Below, one piece after another: positions 9,529-20,015 of a stretch of 64,000 nt of DNA. A program made the position numbers and the translations under genes. The notes under the pieces are model-generated. The model made no database searches and was not told the origin of the DNA. It was given only the letters and a program-made list of their open reading frames with translations. Positions within the stretch are counted from its first letter, which is position 1. Every line of letters begins with the position of its first letter. This DNA comes from an uncultured delta proteobacterium (GTDB taxonomy: Bacteria > Desulfobacterota > BSN033 > UBA1163), in the NCBI GenBank assembly GCA_963828805.1, contig CAWHGS010000043.1, forward strand, positions 585-64,584, written 5' to 3'.

Positions 9529-10821
9529 TTACGGAGCGCTGCCCGAAGGAGGATCTCCCTGGAGCCAGGCAACGACCTCGCCCCTTCTCCGCTCGAACTT
9601 CTCCATCTCTTCTCTCCGAAGGGGGGTACCCGCAGGAAACGTCTCTCTCAAGGGATTCCTAAACTTCCCATCCTTCATCAGGCGATAGTCGAGATGAGGA
9701 CCCGTCGACATTCCGGTGGAACCCACATATCCGATCACCTGCTTCTGTCTGACGCGCACCCCTCTCCGAATTCCGGATCCATAAGCCGACAGGTGACCGT
9801 AACACGTCACATAGCCATTCCCGTGCCGGAGAATAACCTGGTTTCCGAAGCCGCTGTTCCAGCCGCATGAATCGACTGTTCCATCCGCCACCGCCCAGAT
9901 GGGCGTTCCGGTGGGGGCGGCATAATCAACGCCGTAATGAGGCCGAACCCCTCCGAGGATGGGATGGTTCCTCGCCTTGCTGAATCTGGAGCTGATCCGG
10001 CTGAATCGCAGAGGAGTCTTTAAGAACGCCTTCCTTAGCGAATTCCCCCGATCGTCATAATAGTCGTTTTCATACCGGATTCCCCGGATCGCCCTTTCCC
10101 CTCTCCGGTATTCCACAGCGTAAATCGTCCCGTACCGAACAAATTCCTTGTCTTTATGAACCTTTTCAACAAGGACCTGGAAGCGGTCCCCCTCCTTCAC
10201 GTCCTTGTAAAAATCGACCTCACCGGCCAAGATCTCAGCAAAGGCAATGACGAGTTGGTCCTGTTCACCAATGGCGTCCATGGCCTCAAAAAGGGAGGAA
10301 TGTATTTCGCCCGTTATCTTGACGAGAGAGACTTGAAGGGGAACAGCCACCTTTTGGGCGGCATATCCCTGGTCCTTCTTCTCAACCTCATAGATCTCGG
10401 TAGGCCCTGCCTCATAGACGAATCTCACCAACTCTCCTTTGACGTCCATGACGAGACGATACGTCCCGCCACGGATCTTTTTGAAATTGACATAGGGCCT
10501 CAATTTGGAAACGATCATTTCAATCCAGTGGGTAGGGATCTTTTTCTCTGCCAACGATTTGGAAAATGAACTCCCCTCCTTGACTCGGCCTTCAATGACC
10601 TGGTGAGGAGGCGCCTGGGCAGGAGTCTCCCCGGATTCGGGGCTCAACGGAGGAATCGGGCGGCTTTTGGCTCTGAAGAATTCTAAAGGAAGAATAAAGA
10701 AATAGAAAACGAAAACCGAGCTAAAAAGAAGAACCCCCAGAAGCATCCACTTCCTTCTGCTCTTCCGGGTTCCCTTCATCCGGAATGGTGATCGACTCCA
10801 TCCTTCAAAACTGAGAGTCAT
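9529..10821 (-). CDS. M23 family metallopeptidase (peptidoglycan endopeptidase), membrane anchored
   Basis: N-terminal TM helix. M23 motifs HYGVDYAAPTGTPIWAVADGTV and GHLS...GSTGMSTGPHLDY. Confidence 0.85.
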   Translation of the reverse strand: MTLSFEGWSRSPFRMKGTRKSRRKWMLLGVLLFSSVFVFYFFILPLEFFRAKSRPIPPLSPESGETPAQAPPHQVIEGRVKEGSSFSKSLAEKKIPTHWIEMIVSKLRPYVNFKKIRGGTYRLVMDVKGELVRFVYEAGPTEIYEVEKKDQGYAAQKVAVPLQVSLVKITGEIHSSLFEAMDAIGEQDQLVIAFAEILAGEVDFYKDVKEGDRFQVLVEKVHKDKEFVRYGTIYAVEYRRGERAIRGIRYENDYYDDRGNSLRKAFLKTPLRFSRISSRFSKARNHPILGGVRPHYGVDYAAPTGTPIWAVADGTVDSCGWNSGFGNQVILRHGNGYVTCYGHLSAYGSGIRRGVRVRQKQVIGYVGSTGMSTGPHLDYRLMKDGKFRNPLRETFPAGTPLRREEMEKFERRRGEVVAWLQGDPPSGSAP

Positions 10822-10860
10822 CCGGCCACACCCCTTAACCCTTTAAGGTTCCGTTTTGCC

Positions 10861-11847
10861 TCATTCCACCCCTCTTAAATAAGCGGCAGCATGTTCCGGC
10901 GGCGTCGGGTTCACAAAAAATCCCGTCCCCCACTCAAACCCTTCCCTCAACCCAATCCTCAGCCTGGTTTCAATGTGCCAGTGATATTCCTCCCGACGGG
11001 ATCGGCTCTGGACCGGAGAGGTGTGGAAGGTCAAGCTGTACGGAGGGTCGGAAAGCAATCGATAAAAACGGCGAAACAAGGACTGGATTGCCTTGGCGAG
11101 ATCACTCCTCCTCTCCTGATCGATCGTATGAAAATCAGGGGAATGGGCCTTTGGAATAATCCATGTCTCGAAGGGGAAACGGGAAGCGAACGGAGAGAAG
11201 ACCAGGAAGTGGGCTGTCTCCAATACAACCCTTTTCCCCTCCGAAACTTCTTCTCTTATAATGTCGCAGTAGATGCACCGTTCCTTTCGCCGGAAGTAAT
11301 CGAGGACACCCAAGATCTCCTCGTCAATCCTTTTGGGGACGACCGGCAGGGCCATGAGGTGGGAATGGGGGTGACGGTTAAAAACCCCGGGGTAGTTCTT
11401 GATAATCAGAAACTGTTGAAACCGGTGATCTCCTTCGAGGTCCAGAAGCCTTTTCTGATAGGCCAGCAGAACGTTTTCAATCTGTTTCGGGTCGAGGGTG
11501 GCCAGGTTCTGCTGGTGCTCACGGGACTCAATCACAATCTCATGGGCTCCGATGGCCTCCATCAGATCATACATCCCCTCCGGCCTCCGGTCGAAATCGC
11601 CCTCGATGTGAAAAAAAGGAAACTTGTTTGGAACGACACGCACGGCCCAATTTCCTCCATCCTCGAAAACACAAAACGTCTCGCGAGGGGTCATCCTCTC
11701 ATTTCCAGGACAAAAGGGACAGGGCCCGTCGGGATCCTGAGGTTGGTAAGGGGGCTTAAAGGAAAGGTAGTCTGAGGGCCCCTTCGGATGGTCAGTCATG
11801 GTGACCACCCACATTCTCGTAATCGGTTCTTTGCGAAGCTCGGTCAT
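10861..11847 (-). CDS. GalT-like (HIT superfamily) hexose-1-phosphate nucleotidyltransferase, paralog 2
   Basis: Contains CPFCPGNE and HPHSHLMALP (an HxHxH HIT-type motif). It has duplicated half-domains like GalT. The ORF is intact at 328 aa. Confidence 0.65.
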   Translation of the reverse strand: MTELRKEPITRMWVVTMTDHPKGPSDYLSFKPPYQPQDPDGPCPFCPGNERMTPRETFCVFEDGGNWAVRVVPNKFPFFHIEGDFDRRPEGMYDLMEAIGAHEIVIESREHQQNLATLDPKQIENVLLAYQKRLLDLEGDHRFQQFLIIKNYPGVFNRHPHSHLMALPVVPKRIDEEILGVLDYFRRKERCIYCDIIREEVSEGKRVVLETAHFLVFSPFASRFPFETWIIPKAHSPDFHTIDQERRSDLAKAIQSLFRRFYRLLSDPPYSLTFHTSPVQSRSRREEYHWHIETRLRIGLREGFEWGTGFFVNPTPPEHAAAYLRGVE

Positions 11848-11859
11848 ATCGTTTCTGAT

Positions 11860-12480
11860 CTAAGCGAGGAGAGACTGGTAGACGAACTGCCTCCCCCGAT
11901 GAACCTCCTCGTTCCCCGCACCCATGCCCTCGATTCGGACAACGAGACGTTTCTTGTAGAGATTGAGAAGCCTCGTACCACTCGTGTTCATTCCGATCCC
12001 TTCTTCCTCGGAAAGCTCCCTCAACGTGAGGCATCTCTTTTCCATGATCTGGTTCAAGGTATGAACCAGATAATTATTCAACGACCCGATGATCCGCCAC
12101 CCTCCGGGGCCCGTGACCAGCGCGGCCAGTCGTTTCCTTTCCAGGGCCACGCCGATGTTCTCCGCTTGAGAGGCATTGAGACCCTTGAGGATAAGGAATT
12201 TTTCTCCATACTCGCCGCTCCATAGTCGAGAGATCAACTTCGCCACCATCTCGTCGGCCCAGGAAAAATCGATGGATCCGCCCCCACCAAAATCGAGGAT
12301 GAAAAGGAGCGGTTCCTTCTCCTCCCGGAGAATTTTTTCAACGGCCTCTCGAATCTTGATCCCTCGGGAACGACCGGTCATCTCCCTGGCCCCGTTCCGT
12401 GCAAGACTGGAAGACAACTTTTTGAGCAGGACTGTTTTCTTGTCCATTTCGTTTCCTTCAATTGGTTCAGTTGAAATCAA
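11860..12480 (-). CDS. hypothetical protein, STAS-like (DUF4325-like) N-terminal half plus possible winged-helix C-terminal half
   Basis: The pattern LLFILDFGGGGSIDFSWADEMVAKL resembles DUF4325/STAS-like. The gene starts 13 nt after the GalT-like gene, and the likely start is MDKKT (12447). This is a weak family call from memory. Confidence 0.35.
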   Translation of the reverse strand: MISTEPIEGNEMDKKTVLLKKLSSSLARNGAREMTGRSRGIKIREAVEKILREEKEPLLFILDFGGGGSIDFSWADEMVAKLISRLWSGEYGEKFLILKGLNASQAENIGVALERKRLAALVTGPGGWRIIGSLNNYLVHTLNQIMEKRCLTLRELSEEEGIGMNTSGTRLLNLYKKRLVVRIEGMGAGNEEVHRGRQFVYQSLLA

Positions 12481-12749
12481 ATAAACCAGATTTTCGAAGC
12501 TTTGTCAAGCAAATTCTGTGATTCAGGCAGTAAGCGACCGTCCCTGCCTACCGCAGGCAGGGACTTCAGACATCAGACTGATACCGGCAATCATGTGCAG
12601 AGGCTCAACGGAAAGGGTTGGAGAACACTTCAGCTGTCAAATCCCTGTGTATAAAAGTCTGGTGTCTAAGGTCTGAAGTCCAGTGAATTGCAGGAACTGG
12701 GTGGGTAACCTGGCTAGGAAGGTTGCAGGGTTCGCTTAGGGATTGAGGG

Positions 12750-13064
12750 TTAGTGGAGGATACGATCTGAGCCTTTGGGCAAGGAATAAAACAAATCTCC
12801 GGAATGCTGCGTTTCGTCAACGAATCCGTCCCGACATCTCTTGCAGAGGACAAACATAAACTCTTCGTAAACTTCCTTCTCCAACTCTTTCGGGTCCGCC
12901 TTTTGAATCTGTTCCAACAACTTTTCCATGGGGTGTTGGCTCTCCTCATCGGGGTCCAGGATCACACCATCAAAATCGGCAAAGACTTTAATCTGGACCA
13001 CATAGACCAGACTTCCGTATGGAAGTTCTGTCCCGCATCGCATGCACTGCCGTTTTTCAATCAC
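12750..13064 (-). CDS. small zinc-ribbon protein (CxxC...CxxC), function unknown
   Basis: 104-aa ORF with CMRCGTELPYG and CKRCRDGF cysteine pairs. It lies directly downstream of trmFO. Confidence 0.45.
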   Translation of the reverse strand: MIEKRQCMRCGTELPYGSLVYVVQIKVFADFDGVILDPDEESQHPMEKLLEQIQKADPKELEKEVYEEFMFVLCKRCRDGFVDETQHSGDLFYSLPKGSDRILH

Positions 13065-13141
13065 CCCTCATACTCCGATCTCAAACTTATTTTAGATTGG
13101 ATCACCCATCCGAATCCTTTCACCGCCTTCGGTGCTCCATC

Positions 13142-14470
13142 CTATAACGCACAGATTTCCCTCCACTGTGCCATCTCTTCAAGGGCCCTTTTTGACAAAA
13201 ACTGCTTCTTTCTCCGACCCCTTACTCTGGCCGGAGGCGGAGGGAAGAGGCCGAAATTGACGTTCATCGGCTGAAAAGGAACGACCGTGGAACGGGTGAT
13301 GTATTGAATGAGAGCTCCCATCGCCGTGACCGGGGGGGGGACGACGGGATCTTTCCCTTCCAAGATCCGTAGCGCGTTGATGCCGGCTAATAGCCCCATG
13401 GAGGTCGATTCCATGTATCCTTCCACCCCTGTAATCTGCCCGGCAAAGAGAAGACGTGGAGCGCTCCTGAGTCGCAGGGACTCGTCCAGCAGGCGAGGAG
13501 AATCAATGAAGGTGTTGCGGTGGACCGACCCGTAACGGACAAATTCGGCTTGCTCTAATCCCGGTATCATTCGAAAGACCTTCCTCTGTTCGTCTTGTCT
13601 CAGCCGGGTCTGAAACCCCACAAGATTAAAGAGTGTCCCGAACCGATTCTCCTGCCTCAGCTGGACGACGGCAAAGGGTTGCCTGCCCGAATGGGGATCG
13701 ATGAGGCCCACGGGTTTAAGGGGGCCAAAGGCGAGGGTGTCCTTTCCCCGGGTCGCCAACTCCTCCACGGGAAGACACCCCTCGAAAAGATATCTTCTTT
13801 CAAAATCATGGAGAGGAGCCTTTTCCGCCTGAACCAGGGCATCGACGAACTGGTAATAGGTTTCTTTTTCCATCGGGCAATTGATATAGTCTTCCCCTCC
13901 CTTTCCGTATCGGGAAGCCTTGAAGACCTTTTCGGAACAGATCGATTCAGCCGTGACAATCGGCGAAATGGCATCATAAAAGAAGAGCGGAGTCCCCGTT
14001 ACTCTCTGGATTTCCCGGCCCAGGGCTTCGGAGGTGAGGGGGCCTGTGGCAACGATCGTCAGGCCATCCTGCGGCAGACGGGTCACTTCCTCCCGAACGA
14101 TTTCCACATTCCCCATCTCTTCCAGGACGGAGGTGATTTTTTTAGAGAACACCTCTCGATCAACGGCCAACGAACCGCCCGCAGGAACTCTCGTCTCCTT
14201 CGCCACCGTCAGGATAAGAGAGTCGAGCAACTCCATCTCTCCCTTAAGGACTCCCGGACCATTTTCCAGGGAATCAGACTTAAAGGAGTTGCTGCAGACG
14301 ATTTCGGCAAAATAGGGAGATCTGTGAGCGGGAGAATAAGAGTGAGGTTTCATCTCATGGAGAACGACGCTCCCTCCTCTTTTCGCAATCTGCCAGGCGG
14401 CCTCGCACCCCGCCAGTCCGGCGCCAATGACTCGAACGGAATTCATTGCCCTAGGTTTAACCTTCTCCAT
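13142..14470 (-). CDS. trmFO: methylenetetrahydrofolate--tRNA-(uracil-5-)-methyltransferase TrmFO
   Basis: FAD-binding VIGAGLAGCEAAWQ and CSNSFKS. Full-length collinear TrmFO/Gid pattern over 442 aa. Confidence 0.9.
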   Translation of the reverse strand: MEKVKPRAMNSVRVIGAGLAGCEAAWQIAKRGGSVVLHEMKPHSYSPAHRSPYFAEIVCSNSFKSDSLENGPGVLKGEMELLDSLILTVAKETRVPAGGSLAVDREVFSKKITSVLEEMGNVEIVREEVTRLPQDGLTIVATGPLTSEALGREIQRVTGTPLFFYDAISPIVTAESICSEKVFKASRYGKGGEDYINCPMEKETYYQFVDALVQAEKAPLHDFERRYLFEGCLPVEELATRGKDTLAFGPLKPVGLIDPHSGRQPFAVVQLRQENRFGTLFNLVGFQTRLRQDEQRKVFRMIPGLEQAEFVRYGSVHRNTFIDSPRLLDESLRLRSAPRLLFAGQITGVEGYMESTSMGLLAGINALRILEGKDPVVPPPVTAMGALIQYITRSTVVPFQPMNVNFGLFPPPPARVRGRRKKQFLSKRALEEMAQWREICAL

Positions 14471-14573
14471 TCATTTTGCAGAACCGGAGTCCCTTCCCGA
14501 AACAAAGACATCTAGCTCAAACAGGAGGAACGGCGAATCAAGATCGAGAGGCAGCCGCCGATTTCGCGGTTCC

Positions 14574-16800
14574 TCATTCCACGGCCCGGTATCCGCATTC
14601 TTTCTGCGGGCACCGTACCACGGCTCCGCCCTTGCCCTGCTTTTCAATCAGATAGGGATGATCACACTGAGGGCATTTTTCAGGAATGGGTTTGTCCCAT
14701 AGGGCAAACGTGCAGCGAGGATAATTGCTGCAACTGTAAAAAACTTTCCCTTTCCGCGTCCTCCGCTCAACAATCATGCCGTCGCATCCCTCCTGGAGAC
14801 ATCGGACCCCTGTCTCGATCGGTTTCGTGAATTTACAGGTAGGATAGTTGGAGCAGGCCAGAAATCGTCCAAATTTCCCTGTTTTGACGACCATGGAGCC
14901 TCCGCATTTTTCACACGGGGGTCCATTGACGACCTGATTCTCTTCAGTCTCTTCGACCTCTCTCGTATAGCGGCATTCGGGATAGGTGGAACAGGCCAGA
15001 AAATAACCCCTCTTCCCCCACCGTTTCACCATCTTTGAACCGCAGCGTTCGCAGAGAATATCCGTGGGGATCAGTTCTTTCTTCACATCCCTCATAGAGA
15101 CCTTTGCCATTTTCAGGTCCTTCTCAAAGGGCCGGTAGAACTCCCGAAGCGTCTCCACCCAACCTTTGTCACCGTCTTCAATCTTATCCAGGTTTTCTTC
15201 CATCTGGGCGGTAAACTCGACATCAAAGATATCCGGGAAGCTGACGACAAGGAGATCATTGACAAGGCATCCTAACTCTGTGGGAAAGAATTTTCCCTTT
15301 TCGAGCTTCACGTATTGCTTTTCCTTGATGGTGCTCAAAATGGAGGCATAGGTGGAAGGCCTTCCGATCCCCCTCTCCTCCAATTCCCTGATCAGGGTGG
15401 CCTCTGAAAACCGGTAAGGAGGTTGCGTAAAATGCTGCTTCTGTGTGAGACCTAACAGAGCCAGCAGTTCTCCTTCAGAGAGGGCGGGCAATATTTTTTC
15501 CTGCTCCCCGTTTTCGGGATCGTCCTCTCCTTCCATGTAGAGGGCTATGAATCCCTGAAAGACAGGAACGGTGCCGACCGAGCTAAAGATCGCTTCATCC
15601 GCCTTGATCTCGATGGTGGTCTGCTGAAAGACCGCAGAGGCCATCTGGGAGGCCACGAATCGATCCCAGATCAGTTTGTAGAGAACCCATTGCTCTTTGT
15701 CGAGATACGCCTTGACCTTCTCGGGGGTCAGTTCCATCGACGTTGGACGGATGGCCTCGTGGGCCTCCTGGGCGCCTTTGCGGCTCTTATAGACATTCGG
15801 TTTTGGAGGCAGGTACGATTCACCGAACCGGTCCTTGATCCAGTCCCTCACCTGCCGAATCGCTTCGTCGCCACCCGGGGCGAATCGGTCCTCATGTAAG
15901 TGATCAAGCCCACGCTCCCGATGTCGCCCAGTTCCATCCCCTCATACAGCCGCTGGGCAATCCTCATCGTCTTTTGGGCGTAAAAGGAGAGTTTTCGATA
16001 GGCCTCCTGCTGGAGTCGGCTCGTGATGAAGGGAGGAAAGGGGTGGCGCTGTTTCTCCTGCCGGGTAATCTTTGAGACCGTATAGCTCGCTCCCTCAAGG
16101 GTCTTCTTGATGGCCAGGGCTTCCTGACTCATTGGCCATTTTGACCTTCTTCCCTTTCCATTTTGACAAGTTTGGCATCAAAGGAGACCGGCGACTCCTT
16201 TCCCTGGAGGGTCGCCGTGAGGCTCCAGTACTCCTCAGAGACAAACGCCTTGAATCTCCCTCTCCCTCTCGCAGATGATCCGCACGGCAACGGACTGGAC
16301 CCGGCCTGCGCTGAGTCCCCGCCGAACCTTCTCCCAGAGGATCGGGCTGACCTGATAACCCACCAGCCGGTCCAGGATGCGCCTCGCCTGCTGGGCTTCA
16401 AACTTGCTCTGCTGCAATTTTCCGGGGTGGCGAAGGGCATCGAGGACGGCCTTCTGGGTGATCTCATTGAAGAGAACCCGGTAAACCGTTCTTATCTTCA
16501 TCGCCGATCTCTTCTGCAATATGCCAGGCAATGGCTTCCCCTTCCCGGTCCGGGTCCGGCCCGAGGATAAATGTTCTTCACTCCCTTGCTTGCCTTTTTC
16601 AGTTCCCGGAGCACCTTCGCTTTTCCAGGAATGGAGACGTATTCGGGTTGAAAGTCCTTCTCAAGGTCGACTCCGAGTTCACCCTCTGGAAGGTCTTTGA
16701 TATGACCCAGGGAGGCTTTGACAAGATAGTCCTCTCCCACAAATTTCTGAATAGTCTTCACCTTCGCAGGTGATTCTACAATGATTAATCCTTTTGACAT
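14574..16800 (-). pseudogene. topA: DNA topoisomerase I, interrupted by several frame shifts
   Basis: N-terminal Toprim region LIIVESPAKVKTIQKF (16498-16800). Middle fragments at 16129-16531 and 15848-16132. The C-terminal 425-aa piece carries four Zn-ribbon CxxC repeats (14574-15851). Confidence 0.9.
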
Positions 16801-16825
16801 TTCTTCTTCCTTTTGACGATCGTAT

Positions 16826-17941
16826 TTACATTCCGATACACTTCTTTGTAAAACATTTTCCCGGCCATTGGGTAATGAGGCCCTTCAGTTCCAGGTCCAG
16901 AAGGAGGCTTGACACCTTCCCGGGATCGAGCCGGCTCTCCCGAATGATCACATCGATGTGGAGAGGTGATTCACTTAAAAGCTGGTAAACGCATCTTTTC
17001 CTCCTCGGGCAGACCCTCTCCAGGGGATCGCGACCTTGATCGACACTCTCCTTCATTCTCTTCCACTGGGGTAATATCTCTTCCAGAATATCCTCGCTCG
17101 ATTCAACCAGCTTCGCGCCATCCTTGATCAGCCGGTTGGTGCCGCGGCTCCCCTCGGCGCCTACATTTCCCGGAATGGCAAAGACCTCTCTCCCCTGTTC
17201 GAGGGCATATTCGGCCGTGATCAGGGACCCGCTTTTCGCACTCGCCTGGACAACCACCACCCCGATCGAGAGACCACTGATGATCCGGTTCCGCCTGGGA
17301 AAGTGAATCCCCTCGGGAAGGGATCCCATTGGAAACTCGGAAAGGACCGCTCCGTGGTCAATGATCTGCCCAAAGAGGGTTCGATTCTCAGGAGGATAGA
17401 TGACATCGATCCCGCAGCCCAACACGGCAAGGGTCCTCCCTCCTCCTGAAATGGCACCGCCAGTGAGCAACGGAATCGATTCCCCTTGCCATGCCGCTGA
17501 CGATGGTGACGCCGTGGCGGACTATTTCCTGGCTGATCTTTTCGGTGATCCACCTCCCGTACGGAGAGGTCTTACGGCTTCCCACGATCGAGAGCGCAAG
17601 ATTGTCCTCTTCTCTTAATTCTCCCCTAACATAGAGCAACGGGGGTGGATCATAAATCTCCCTTAATCGCAAGGGATAGATGCTCATCTGCAATGGTGAG
17701 AAGGGTCCCTCCTGCCTCCTTTACCAGACGCAACTCTCTCTCCATCTTCTTTTCAGGAGGACCCTTCAGAATCTCTTCGGCAACCTTTTCTCCCAATCCC
17801 TTCGACCCTTAACAACTCCTTCAAGGTCGCCCTAAAGACCGCCTCAGGAGTCTTGAACTGATCGAGGAGGCGCTTGAACAGGACACTCCCCACTCCGGGT
17901 ACCAGGCTTAAAGCCACCCAATAAGAGATTTCTTCGGCCAT
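16826..17941 (-). pseudogene. dprA: DNA-processing protein DprA, interrupted
   Basis: Three fragments in three frames: 17753-17941 (HhH N-terminus), 17388-17693 (GMARGIDSVAH) and 16826-17470 (Rossmann remainder plus C-terminal winged helix). Confidence 0.85.
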
Positions 17942-18090
17942 TGAGGTCCTCAGATGAGAGATGCCTGATCGGCAGAAGGCAAAGAGGGCAATAAAAAAGG
18001 CTCAGTCACTGATAAGGCAGGGCGTCTTGTCCTTCCCCATCTCCTAAGCCTAGAAGAAATCAAAACTGTTTTGTTCAATGCGGATCGTTT

Positions 18091-18881
18091 CTACTTGGTT
18101 TCGAGCCCAACCTCCATTTTTTCTTTGTTATAGGGGATGATATAATCACCTTTATTGATCTCCTGAAACGATTCAAGAACCTTGGCTGTATAGAACTCTC
18201 CGAACTTGTCGATGAGTTGAATAACTCCGGTTACATTAAACCTTCTGCCGCCCACAATGTCCACAGGTGAAAAGGCAGGTCTGTGAGCTGTGCGTCGTAT
18301 ACTTTTCTCCAATCGTTACAGGGTCTTTAAACCTGAACCAGATATAACATATGTCTCCCTTGGACATCAAATTCTTTCCTTCCTTGCTCTCAACAACAGA
18401 GCCATACCCCCGAAGGTCGACGTCACCAAAGACACCTGCATATCGAATTTCCGGAAAAACGAGCGGTTTGCTCCTCGGAGGACTTTTTCTCAGCGACAAC
18501 CTCTGCTTTTTTCACTTCAGGGAGGATATTCCGCTTTCTTCACCTCAGGCTCTTTAACGACTTCTCTCGGCTTCTCCTCTGTCACCGCAATCCTCTTTCT
18601 TCGGCTCTTCCTTCTTTGCCTCCTGAACTGACGTCGAGACGAACGGGATTCCCGGGATAGATCCAGTGAGGATTGGTGATATAGGGATTTCTCTGCCAGA
18701 GCTTTGGCCAGAGAAAAGGGTTACTCAGAATCGAGAGGAGATATCCCAGAGGGTATCTCCTTTTTTGATCGTATAGACCTCTTCCGTCTCCTTTTTCTCC
18801 TGAGCAAACAGGGAGATGGCGACACAGAAGCAGAGAGTCAGGGTCATGGTGATACAAAACCAGAGCAATTTCTTAACCATA
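18091..18881 (-). pseudogene. LysM domain peptidoglycan-binding lipoprotein-like protein, interrupted
   Basis: My translation from 18881 gives MVKKLLWFCITMTLTLCFCVAISLFAQ...[27 protein letters not shown] (LysM). The gene continues in the pieces 18236-18499 and 18091-18312. Confidence 0.6.
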
Positions 18882-19025
18882 TCTTCCTCCCTATCGCGGA
18901 ACTTTGACCTAACCGAAGTGAAACGAATCCTCCCTACGGTATTCCTTACCGCCTCTTTGTCAATGAAAAATCAAAGCAATATTCATACCAAGCCTCTTTC
19001 ACTCTATCCTAATTAATCGAAATCC

Positions 19026-19982
19026 TTGATCTTTAAAAAAATACTGGCCAGAAGAACTCTGCCCTTGCAGAGAGTTCTTCTGGATAGTTTCTGTGCAATC
19101 GATATTGTGCCTGAACAGATTTTAGCCTTTACAACCCCTTCCCACCGTGCTAAAGTTTTGAGTATTCACGTCTTTTGTCCCCTCAGAACAAATACCATGG
19201 ATCTGTTCCCCTCTCCCGACGAAACCCTCGACTCCTTTTTCAACGGAACCCTTCAAGTTCTCCAGAAGAAGAAAGGATACCGGTTCTCAATCGATGCCAT
19301 CCTTCTCAGCCAATTCATTCGTCTCCGAAGAGATGAAAAGGCCATCGACCTTGGAACAGGCTGTGCGATTCTGCCCCTCCTGCTCTCAAAGACCACGAAG
19401 GCCCATTCCCTGGTGGGAATCGAAATTCAGAAGGAATTGGCGGATCTGGCCAGAAAAAATGTCGAATTGAACCACCTGAAGGACCGGATCACGATCTTGC
19501 ATCAGGATTTCAAAAGGTTAAGGGACGTCTTTCCTCCGGGTTCTTTCCATGTCGTCTTCTCCAATCCTCCCTATCGGAAATATCTCACGGGCAGAATCAA
19601 CCCTTCTCTAGAAAAGGCCATTGCCCGCCACGAAATCAAGGGGACCCTCAATGACCTGATTCGGGCAGCCGCCTATCTTCTTCCCACCAAAGGTCGATGT
19701 TATCTCATCTACTCCGCTTCGAGAGCCATCGACTTGCTCACCGCGTTGAGGGATCACAAACTGGAGCCCAAGCGTCTACAATGGGTTCATCCCCGAAAAG
19801 GAGAGGCGGCAAAATTCATCCTGGTTGAATCGGTGAAAGCCGGCGGGGTCGAACTGAAGATCAAGGAGCCTCTGATTCTCTCTGAACCCTCTCCCCCTCC
19901 TTGTCGGAGCCGGAGGAAGAGGAGACAACTTCTCTGGAACTTCCGCTTTTACACGACAAATCCTGACGAAAATATTCTTTGA
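19026..19982 (+). CDS. SAM-dependent N6-adenine methyltransferase, TrmN6/YfiC-like
   Basis: SAM motif I DLGTGCAILPLLL and catalytic NPPY (VFSNPPYR). The likely true start is MDLFPSPDE at 19197. Confidence 0.65.
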   Translation: MIFKKILARRTLPLQRVLLDSFCAIDIVPEQILAFTTPSHRAKVLSIHVFCPLRTNTMDLFPSPDETLDSFFNGTLQVLQKKKGYRFSIDAILLSQFIRLRRDEKAIDLGTGCAILPLLLSKTTKAHSLVGIEIQKELADLARKNVELNHLKDRITILHQDFKRLRDVFPPGSFHVVFSNPPYRKYLTGRINPSLEKAIARHEIKGTLNDLIRAAAYLLPTKGRCYLIYSASRAIDLLTALRDHKLEPKRLQWVHPRKGEAAKFILVESVKAGGVELKIKEPLILSEPSPPPCRSRRKRRQLLWNFRFYTTNPDENIL

Positions 19983-20015
19983 CAACCATCACTGAATCGA
20001 TTAATAATTTTGGTT

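Noticed and set aside
10891-11775. 294-aa plus-strand ORF
   Set aside because: It lies entirely antisense to the well-supported GalT-like gene (10861-11847). It has a low-complexity Pro/Gly/Arg-rich translation and no motif, so I treat it as a shadow ORF.
19026-19196. N-terminal 57 codons of the methyltransferase ORF
   Set aside because: This stretch contains the 13-bp inverted repeat and a plausible promoter (TTTACA-N17-TAAAGT). The conserved methyltransferase sequence starts at MDLFPSPDE (19197), so the extension is probably non-coding.
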